The translations under genes and the position numbers were made by a program. A DNA stretch of 64,000 bases from Theionarchaea archaeon (lineage in GTDB: Archaea > Methanobacteriota_B > Thermococci > Methanofastidiosales > SZ-28-30): positions 1 through 64,000 of the forward strand of contig JACVGW010000004.1 of NCBI GenBank assembly GCA_018992565.1, in the 5' to 3' direction. A model generated the notes under the pieces. It had not been told where the DNA came from. It searched no databases and was given only the letters and a program-made list of their open reading frames with translations. Below are positions 1 through 7,731 of this stretch, in pieces (the stretch's first letter is position 1; each line of letters begins with the position of its first letter).

Positions 1-519
1 GTTGACCTGGCTTATTCTTCCGTTCTCTTTGATTCAGAAGCTATTGCAGATGAAGTATCTGCCCTGGAGGAAACCATGGACGAATTACACTACCAGTTGA
101 CCATCAGGGCCTTACTCGCTTCCCGAACCCGGGAAGACGCTGAACAAATCTCAGAAATTCTGAACGTCGCAACAGCCATAAAAGATATCTCGAACCACGC
201 ACAGAATATTGCAGAAACTGTCGCCCGAGATCTGGACATCCACTCTGTCATACAGGAATCCCTCAAGTACACTGATGAGAAAATCTTCAGGGTGGAAGTG
301 GAAGAGCAGTCCCAGCTCATTGGAATTCCCCTCAGAGAGTCAGAACTAGCTTCCCGCATTGGTGTTACTGTCATTGCCGTCAGGAGGGGAAAACGATGGG
401 TGTACAACCCCCCCAAACGATTCATATTCAGCAACAACGATATCTTGATGGCCCGTGGAACAGAAGAGGGCCACCTGATTCTCAAGGAAATTGCCAAGGG
501 CAGGAGGAGCAAGTGGTAA
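1..519 (+). CDS. PhoU-like + TrkA-C (RCK_C) domain protein, 5'-truncated by window edge
   Basis: Frame open from base 1 (VDLAYSSVLFD...); helical PhoU-like N-half, C-terminal RCK_C signature (LIGIPLRESEL..IGVTVIAVRRG..NP...NDILMARG). Confidence 0.8.
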   Translation, partial: VDLAYSSVLFDSEAIADEVSALEETMDELHYQLTIRALLASRTREDAEQISEILNVATAIKDISNHAQNIAETVARDLDIHSVIQESLKYTDEKIFRVEVEEQSQLIGIPLRESELASRIGVTVIAVRRGKRWVYNPPKRFIFSNNDILMARGTEEGHLILKEIAKGRRSKW

Positions 520-520
520 C

Positions 521-1060
521 ATGCTCAGAGAAACCATCCAGGAAATGAAGGATACGTCAGAACTAATGATTGACCTGGCCTTTGCCGCCCTCCTCTTTAG
601 AGACACGGAAATAGCAGAAGATGTTGAAGAATTAGAAGAAAAGATGGATACCCTGAACTACCAGGCCAAAATGACTGTCCTAGACATGGTGAGGGACATC
701 AGTAAAGAACGGTTTCTCTCCGTCCTTGAGGTAATCAATGCCACGGAGAGTATTGCAGATGCTGCGCTTGAAATTGCATTGAACGTCTTCAGGGGAGAAA
801 TCCACCCCATATTCCGAGAGGCAATGCAGGAAACTGAAGAAGTGGTGGCTCGACTTCATATCTCTCAGGACTCTGTACTCGCAGATCAAACGCTGGGGGA
901 ATTGAAAGTTGCCACCAAGACCGGCATGCATATCTTCCTAGTCAAACGAGGGAGGGAATATTTACTGAATCCCCAGAGAGATTTTCGCCTCATGCAGAAT
1001 GATATCATCTTTGCTGAGGGTCCCTCCGATGGCAAGGTACAGCTCGAAAGCCTGTTGTAG
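521..1060 (+). CDS. PhoU-like + TrkA-C domain protein (paralogue of upstream gene)
   Basis: ATG 521 right after upstream stop; MKDTSELMIDLAFAA...; LADQTLGELKV..TGMHIFLVKRG..NP...NDIIFAEG. Confidence 0.8.
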   Translation: MLRETIQEMKDTSELMIDLAFAALLFRDTEIAEDVEELEEKMDTLNYQAKMTVLDMVRDISKERFLSVLEVINATESIADAALEIALNVFRGEIHPIFREAMQETEEVVARLHISQDSVLADQTLGELKVATKTGMHIFLVKRGREYLLNPQRDFRLMQNDIIFAEGPSDGKVQLESLL

Positions 1061-1104
1061 AAACCACAGAAAACCTTAAAAGTTTACATTCACCAGTGTC
1101 CATC

Positions 1105-1692
1105 ATGGACATTCCCAAGGGAGAGATAATCGAAGCCAGAGCCGGAGGCCACAATGCTCTGAGGGAATTGCTGGAAAACCTTGAAAATGACTTTTCAGGA
1201 TACGTAGAAGTGGTAGGTGTAGATAACTCCCTAGGACAGATACTGTTTTTTGATGGCCGGCCCCGCCTGGCTCTTTTTGAGGGCGATTCTAGATCCGAGG
1301 GTCGGGAGGCCGTTTCATTGATGATTGAAGTCTCCAATGATTATAATACTGAGATTAAGGTGCACAGATATCCCTTGGTAGCCCTCCTGCTTGATCGATT
1401 CCCTGAGGCTGAAGTGACGGAAGAAACCCTGGGAATGCCCAAGAAAAGGGCAGAAAAGAAGGGAGAAATAGAGACAGAAATGGATGAAGGGCTGTTTAAT
1501 CGCCGTGAAGAGCTGGCAGCTGTTTTGGGCGCAGACGCTGCTCCCAGAAAATCCACTCTTCAGGTTGAACCCAGAAAAGAGGAAATTGAAACCCTCAACA
1601 AGCTTGGATCAGGTGATCTGGAAGAGCTGCGTGAGGGACTGATGAAGAGGCTCAACCTAGAAGGGTTCTACCCGAAGAAAAAAGAGGCTTAA
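1105..1692 (+). CDS. DUF2226-like domain protein
   Basis: MDIPKG...FSGYVEV...GQILFFDG...EGREA pattern; TATA-like CTTAAAAA upstream near 1075. Confidence 0.6.
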   Translation: MDIPKGEIIEARAGGHNALRELLENLENDFSGYVEVVGVDNSLGQILFFDGRPRLALFEGDSRSEGREAVSLMIEVSNDYNTEIKVHRYPLVALLLDRFPEAEVTEETLGMPKKRAEKKGEIETEMDEGLFNRREELAAVLGADAAPRKSTLQVEPRKEEIETLNKLGSGDLEELREGLMKRLNLEGFYPKKKEA

Positions 1693-1695
1693 TCC

Positions 1696-2856
1696 ATGCG
1701 ATTACCTGCAGCAGAGGAATTTGATCTTCGAAAAGGGGTATACCCCCAGGAAGTGTTGGATGCCGTTGAAACTGGCTATGTGCGACTTACCGTAGAGGAC
1801 AATGGGCTCCACGATCACTTTGTCCTCTTCAGGAATCGGGAGATTGTGGGTGCATTCTCCGAATTTGCTGATGGGAGAAAGCTGTACAGCAGGCAGGCAC
1901 TTGACCACATCCTATCTCTGAACCAGGAAGCTCTGGCTGAGGTAGCTACGTATCGGGAAGAAACCCTGGAGAACATAAAGAAGGACTATCCTGAGACGTT
2001 CCTCGACCCTGGAACCACAGAGAAATTCAAGATCGGGACTTCAGTGTTTACCGGTGTCCTGTCCGGAGTGAAGAGCGGAGACCTCCTTGATGTACTTGTT
2101 CAGCTTGAACGTCAATCCCTGGTGGGGTGCTTGCGGGTCACCAGAGAAGTTGAAGATTTTGTCCAGGAGGGTGCTATTCTGTTCAAGGAAACCCCTGTGG
2201 CAGCGGTGCTTGAATCAGCAGACTCTGTGAGGCTGGGAGATGAAGCTTTAAGAGAGATTGCTTTATTTTTCACAGAAGGAAAGGCTTACAAACAGGAAAA
2301 TAAATTTGTGGAGGACTATCTCTTTTTTAATAACGCATCACGGCTGAAATCTCCAGTGGAGGAAACTATATCTTCAGAAAAGGCTTCAGAGGATTTGCAG
2401 CGCTTTATGGCCTTAAAGATGGTGGGGCTGGAGCGAGGGACCTTGGTTCTCAATGCCCCATGTAACGGCACATTTTCTTTTGAAGCCCTTCTCCGGAGCG
2501 CAGCTTCCAGGAATTTTGACGGGTACCTGTGGGTACGCTCTGAAGATGCCAGAGGACTGATGGTTCTGGGCCAGGGTAAGATCCAGGCAGCACTGGTCAT
2601 GGATTCCTCAGGAGAACTCATGGGGAGAGAAGCACTCAGGAAAATCTATGCTGACATGGAGTCATCAGGGATCGTGGACTTTTATCAACTGCCTTCTCCA
2701 CCGCACATTTCTCAGCCCTTCGAGCCTGAGGAAACAGATGATGTTCTTGTGAAGCGGTTGCTGGGTGAGATGGGACAGGATCTCATGAAAGAAGTCTCTT
2801 TGGCCAAAGAGTTTAAGAAAAGGTGGAAGTCGAGGCGAAAGGATCAGGGTGAGTAA
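1696..2856 (+). CDS. Protein with three tandem DUF2226-like domains
   Basis: Three copies of (F/T/V)xG(Y/C)(V/L)x(L/V)...G....G.I..A.......G.EAL..I: ETGYVRL, LVGCLRV, FDGYLWV. Confidence 0.6.
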   Translation: MRLPAAEEFDLRKGVYPQEVLDAVETGYVRLTVEDNGLHDHFVLFRNREIVGAFSEFADGRKLYSRQALDHILSLNQEALAEVATYREETLENIKKDYPETFLDPGTTEKFKIGTSVFTGVLSGVKSGDLLDVLVQLERQSLVGCLRVTREVEDFVQEGAILFKETPVAAVLESADSVRLGDEALREIALFFTEGKAYKQENKFVEDYLFFNNASRLKSPVEETISSEKASEDLQRFMALKMVGLERGTLVLNAPCNGTFSFEALLRSAASRNFDGYLWVRSEDARGLMVLGQGKIQAALVMDSSGELMGREALRKIYADMESSGIVDFYQLPSPPHISQPFEPEETDDVLVKRLLGEMGQDLMKEVSLAKEFKKRWKSRRKDQGE

Positions 2857-3543
2857 ATGGATTTTCCAACAGGCGCATTGCAGAGAGAGGCAGAGGTCAG
2901 AGAACTGGATACACTACTACGAGAGCTGGGCGAGATTGAGTTCACCGGCGTCATCAAATATATAGACCATGAAACAGGCAGCTTGCTGATGATTGATGGG
3001 AAAGTGCGGGCTGCCACCTATGAAAAAAGTGGCGGAGAGGAGGCTCTGGAGAAAATCTGGAACGCTGTTGACGGTACCCTCTCTGTGTATTCTCTGGAAA
3101 AGGAACGGGCAGAATTCGCCCTCAAGTGGTATACTGATATCCACGGATTCCCTTCTGTTTCTTCTGATGTTCTCACGCACGAAGTGACTGTTCCTGTTCC
3201 AAATGTCGACGACCTGGTGAAGATGCTGGAGCGGGAAGGCATCTCGCACCTGATGACTAAGAAACCTTCAGGAATCCCTATTGAAAAGCGGGCCCATGAG
3301 AAGCCCTATGAGATCTTAAAGGATATTGAGGCTTTCCTGGCCGATTTGTTTGGTGATTTCATGTCAGAGACTATCGTCAGGAGTCACCTCATGAAGCTCA
3401 ATATCAATGAAAGGCACATAACCACAGGAGAACTGGATACCCTGGTATCAGAAATATGCAGAAATGTCCTGGAGAGAGTGATGGACGAAAAAATCGCTGG
3501 AGAAGAATCCAGGAAGCTGAGAGAGCTGCTTCAGCAGAAGTGA
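2857..3543 (+). CDS. DUF2226-like domain + C-terminal helical domain protein
   Basis: MDFPTG...FTGVIKY...GSLLMIDGKVRAA...GEEALEKI; abuts the upstream stop. Confidence 0.6.
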   Translation: MDFPTGALQREAEVRELDTLLRELGEIEFTGVIKYIDHETGSLLMIDGKVRAATYEKSGGEEALEKIWNAVDGTLSVYSLEKERAEFALKWYTDIHGFPSVSSDVLTHEVTVPVPNVDDLVKMLEREGISHLMTKKPSGIPIEKRAHEKPYEILKDIEAFLADLFGDFMSETIVRSHLMKLNINERHITTGELDTLVSEICRNVLERVMDEKIAGEESRKLRELLQQK

Positions 3544-3657
3544 ATAGCCCTCAGCCACCTGTAACCCACTCATTTTCTTCACGTATATCGAAGTGCCACT
3601 GAAAATCCATGTGTTGAATCGAAATCTTTATATAGTATTGATAAGTAATAATGATTT

Positions 3658-6183
3658 ATGAGAATGAAGATTGCTCTCATTTTTCTGCTGCTGACGCTGA
3701 GTGCAGTAAAAGCAGACATACAGTTCTCCCTGCTGTGGCAGGCGCCGGGGACACTTACTGACATTGAGGTCTCAGATCTAGATGCAAATGGATACAGTGA
3801 AATCCTGCTGGCTACAGGTTCTTCCCGCGAACAAATAATCACTACTCCTTCTGGGTCTGCAACTGCCATGGTATGTGAGGGAGCTGTGAGCCAGTACAAG
3901 GCAGACAGTACCTTAGTATGGGAGAAGAAGCTCTGTCTGAATGATAATGCTGCAGAACCCTGTTATTCTAATGGATGTATTTCCGCCATCGCAGCTGACA
4001 GTATCTGCACTACAACGCGGAAACTCATTTTTACCAGCTGCTGCTATTGTGGCACCTCCTCCATTATTCGGGTGCATAATAGCGAAGGAGTACTGCTCCA
4101 GGAATTGTATAATGATGATGGAATGGGGAACCCTGTCAATATAACAGGATGTGTACGGAAGATCTTGATTTCAGATATTGATGCAGATAATTGTAAAGAG
4201 ATCATTGCAGTTACCAATCTGGATATTCTCATTTATGATACAGACTGCAACAATTGTACAATACCCATGCTCCCTACATACAGGGCACGAGATCTCCCGC
4301 TGGCAGACAGGCCTTCTGGCATGATCTATGATGTCATTGTGGTGAGTTTTGACGATGATGCTGACCCTGCCAAAGAGATTGTGGTGGCAGCAGATGACCT
4401 GACAGTGTATGAAGATGACCTTACCCTGAAGTGGAAGTACGAGATTGATCCTGCCCGTCCTGTGAGAACAGTGTTCGCCTATGATGTTGACAGTGATACT
4501 GCAGCCCACGAAATTGACCAGGACCCTGACCTGGAGCCTGAATTGATAGTGGGAGAAAGCTGGTATCTGTACGTTCTGGATAATATTGAACATGGTGATA
4601 CTGATCCCACCAATGATGAGCCCAACCTCAAGTGGGAGTATTCTACGTCACCCTACGACGTTAATTGTGTGTATGCGGGGAAATTTGTAGGCCCACGAAA
4701 TGTCATGTGTGGTGCAGCCTCAATGGTGTATGTCCTTGATTATAATGGTACCATGGTGAAGACATTCAATGCGTCAGGCGAAGTCCGGAACCTGATATGT
4801 GCTGATTTTGACAAAGATTCACAGAATGAACTCACCGTGTTTTCAAATGGTTATATTTCAGTATTCTCCACAGCAGGGCTCATATGGAATTCCGAGAATC
4901 TCCAGGGCAACTATATCAAGGGCATTGTAGGAGACATAAATCTGGACCAGTATCCCGAAATTGTGGCTGGATACGGACTGGGATTGTATGTGGTGGGAGT
5001 AGGAGAGCTCAAGAAACAGACAGATTCAGAGGCAGACCAGCTCTATGACCTTGGGGAAACCCTCATGGAAAAGGAGGAATACATCAAAGCTGTGGTGTAC
5101 TTTGAACAGGCCCGCACAAAGTATGAAGAAGCGGGGAACACGTTCATGAACGTGCAATGTCAGAAAAAGATAACAGAATGTGAAAAATTCATGGATTCAG
5201 ACCGGACAGTAGCTACTGCCATGGAACAATTGCGTAACTACGGATATGAGGAAGCAGGCTACTTGTTCGGGGAAGCGGGAGATTTGTATGCCAAGATGGG
5301 AGATAGTGCCAAGATGTCTCAGATGAGAGTGCTGAAGGAGACCTCAGAGAAGCTCTTCCAGGCTCATAACACCTTGAGAGAGGCACATTTCCTGCTACTG
5401 GATAAAAAGTACAGTGAAGCTCGTGTGGAAGCCACCTGGGCACGTAACATGTTTGAGGATGTCTCCAGTCTGTTTCTGACAATGTCTATGGATTCTTTGT
5501 ATGAAACACTTCGTCTTGACATTTATGCCCGGGTACGAGAATGTGATGAGATACTTGGTCTCTGTGAGCAGCTTATCCAAGTGGATTCTCAGGTCAGCCA
5601 GGCGGAACAGTACCAGGGAGAAGGAGAGCGATACTTCCGGAATCAGCAGTATTCGGAGGCCAGAAATGCCTATGAGCAGTCAGAGATGACCTTTACGTCT
5701 GTGGCTGCAGCCCTTGATGACATCCAGATTGCCCTGGGAAAGAGGGCTGACGGTTTTCGGAAGGACATTGAAGACATTGAAGGAAAAATCAAGACTCTCA
5801 AGACGAGCGAACTCTACAAGTCATACGAGGATATTAGCACAGGAGATATTATTGCCGATCTGGAGGAGAAAAAGTCCTCTTTGGAAGACCTCATTGATGA
5901 ATATGGAGATTTTGCAGAATCTGTGGGAAGAAAGGCCCGAGAATACAGGTCCAAGGCATCCGCTGTCGCAGCACAGGCTGACCAGTGCTATTCTTTTGAA
6001 GATCAGTTTGTTGAAAGCGCCCGGCAGGTCCTGCAGCCGCCCGCCAGTCTGGCACTGGGATTGGGGTGCTTGATTGTGGCTCTCATTGGATTGGCTGTGG
6101 GGAAGGGGCGATACGTTGCTCTTGTATTCTTGATTCTGGTGTTAATTTTCCTAGGTATTTCAGCACTTCGCGTTATACAGTAG
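3658..6183 (+). CDS. Secreted/membrane FG-GAP(VCBS)-repeat beta-propeller protein with TPR-like helical stalk and two C-terminal TM helices
   Basis: Signal peptide; repeated D-x-D-x-D-G/N-x-x-E-I motifs; A..LY..GE....EEY.KA...FE.A..KY TPR-like repeats; hydrophobic C-terminus. Confidence 0.75.
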   Translation: MRMKIALIFLLLTLSAVKADIQFSLLWQAPGTLTDIEVSDLDANGYSEILLATGSSREQIITTPSGSATAMVCEGAVSQYKADSTLVWEKKLCLNDNAAEPCYSNGCISAIAADSICTTTRKLIFTSCCYCGTSSIIRVHNSEGVLLQELYNDDGMGNPVNITGCVRKILISDIDADNCKEIIAVTNLDILIYDTDCNNCTIPMLPTYRARDLPLADRPSGMIYDVIVVSFDDDADPAKEIVVAADDLTVYEDDLTLKWKYEIDPARPVRTVFAYDVDSDTAAHEIDQDPDLEPELIVGESWYLYVLDNIEHGDTDPTNDEPNLKWEYSTSPYDVNCVYAGKFVGPRNVMCGAASMVYVLDYNGTMVKTFNASGEVRNLICADFDKDSQNELTVFSNGYISVFSTAGLIWNSENLQGNYIKGIVGDINLDQYPEIVAGYGLGLYVVGVGELKKQTDSEADQLYDLGETLMEKEEYIKAVVYFEQARTKYEEAGNTFMNVQCQKKITECEKFMDSDRTVATAMEQLRNYGYEEAGYLFGEAGDLYAKMGDSAKMSQMRVLKETSEKLFQAHNTLREAHFLLLDKKYSEARVEATWARNMFEDVSSLFLTMSMDSLYETLRLDIYARVRECDEILGLCEQLIQVDSQVSQAEQYQGEGERYFRNQQYSEARNAYEQSEMTFTSVAAALDDIQIALGKRADGFRKDIEDIEGKIKTLKTSELYKSYEDISTGDIIADLEEKKSSLEDLIDEYGDFAESVGRKAREYRSKASAVAAQADQCYSFEDQFVESARQVLQPPASLALGLGCLIVALIGLAVGKGRYVALVFLILVLIFLGISALRVIQ

Positions 6184-6348
6184 TGCTCAAGACAGGAAAC
6201 GAGAGTAGCCATGCACCATCACCATGTCAGAACAAGTTGAAAAAAGGTGCAGAGTGACTATGCCTTTGAAAGATTCAATAAACCTCCAGAACAAGGGAGG
6301 GATCGGTGCTCGAAACACCGATCCCGATTAGGGGGGGTGAAAGATCGG

Positions 6349-6431
6349 CCGAAAGATTTTTAAGTATGTGCTTAGATTCCAATGAGGTAAGCTTCCGGCA
6401 CATTACCAAATTTGCCGGAACGGTATATAAC
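6349..6431 (+). promoter_or_regulatory. Two BRE/TATA promoter candidates plus inverted repeat upstream of HTH gene
   Basis: CCGAAAGATTTTTAAG (6349-6364), TATATAA (6424-6430); TTCCGGCA-N12-TGCCGGAA (6393-6420). Confidence 0.5.
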
Positions 6432-6447
6432 TGTTGGGTGTTTTTAG

Positions 6448-7383
6448 ATGCCCTCTCTCTCCGATGTGGAAAAAAAGAAAAGGTTCTACCAAATATTCTG
6501 CCAGATATACGACAATCCCCGGGCACAGATATACGAAATCTCAAAAGCACTGGGTATTTACAGAAAATCTGTGTCCAAAGCGTTGCAGGAGATGCTCGAT
6601 CAGCAGATCATGGTAGGACCTGGTCTCAGATTGAAACCCATGCGAAGGAACCCTAGGATATACTATGTACTAGATTTTGATGACCCTTTCAGAGCCTTTG
6701 AACGTCTCAGGCAGAACAGGAGACTGACCTACTTGGCCGTGGTCTTCGGAGATTTTCCCATAATTGCAGCAGGAGATCCTGGGATGCAGTTTGATGAATA
6801 TCCTGGATTCAAAAAGATTATTCTCTCAGGAGAGAGGGGGGAATTTCTCACTCCCAAACCAACCTCTCTGGAGTGGAGTGAGTGTGCCGATCGACTGCTG
6901 GAAGAAATAGAAAAAAGTGATTCCTGGAAAAAATCCACGTGGATCTCAAACCCTGTGGACATTCCCTGGGATCACCAAGAATGGGACTTCTTTTTTGACT
7001 TCGGAGGAGACATCAGGCGCAAGATCGCACCCCTGGTAAGAGAGCAAGATGTAAGCTTCCGCAAGTTTTACGAATGGCTCGACACTGTAGACCAATTTGC
7101 CACCACGCACACCTGGTTCTATCCTGAAGGATACGCCAATTACACCACCTATGTGTTCTTGTTCAAGACTGACTATGAAAGGGCTCTTACAGAGCTTTTC
7201 AGCCTGCTGCCAACAACGCCTATGTTTTTCAAAGTGGGAAGCTATCTTGTCACATGGGTCTACATTCGCACTGACCCCTTGATAATCTCTCTTTCCAAGG
7301 CCGTATATGCCCTCAAAGAGAGGTCCATCCTTTCGGATTTCTACAAGGGGATCGTTGTCATGTACCACACGGAAGGATACTAG
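6448..7383 (+). CDS. Winged-HTH (Lrp/AsnC-like, internally duplicated) transcription regulator
   Basis: IYDNPRAQIYEISKALGIYRKSVSKALQEM HTH; second degenerate HTH-like segment (IRRKIAPLVREQDVSFRKFYEWL). Confidence 0.6.
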   Translation: MPSLSDVEKKKRFYQIFCQIYDNPRAQIYEISKALGIYRKSVSKALQEMLDQQIMVGPGLRLKPMRRNPRIYYVLDFDDPFRAFERLRQNRRLTYLAVVFGDFPIIAAGDPGMQFDEYPGFKKIILSGERGEFLTPKPTSLEWSECADRLLEEIEKSDSWKKSTWISNPVDIPWDHQEWDFFFDFGGDIRRKIAPLVREQDVSFRKFYEWLDTVDQFATTHTWFYPEGYANYTTYVFLFKTDYERALTELFSLLPTTPMFFKVGSYLVTWVYIRTDPLIISLSKAVYALKERSILSDFYKGIVVMYHTEGY

Positions 7384-7565
7384 CCTCCGCCGCCACCATT
7401 TGGCCATCCTCCTCCCCCACCGTCTCCGTTGATGGGTGAGATTTCATCCTGTAGTGAGATCAAGGTCTGCTCAAAAGAATCAGTAATCTCAGTCAAAACA
7501 GGCGAAACTCCCGCCACAACGATGACGGCAAAAAGGAGTAGCACAGCCATCTTTCTTGATTTCAC
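7380..7565 (-). CDS. Small secreted peptide with Gly-rich C-terminus
   Basis: GAGGTG RBS 6 nt before GTG 7565; own BRE/TATA CCGAAAGATTTAAAT (7601-7615, - strand); basic N-terminus + hydrophobic core; ends INGDGGGGGWPNGGGGG. Confidence 0.7.
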   Translation of the reverse strand: MKSRKMAVLLLFAVIVVAGVSPVLTEITDSFEQTLISLQDEISPINGDGGGGGWPNGGGGG

Positions 7566-7731
7566 ATCTTTCACCTCTTTCTTTTCTTACACGTTCTACC
7601 ATTTAAATCTTTCGGAGAGGCCATGGAAATTTTCGCATTATCATGCGGGAAACCCGTCCTGCCCTTGACTTTCTTGGTTGGATCTTATTGCTTACCGAAA
7701 ACTATTTATAGTATTGATTAACATTAAAAGT

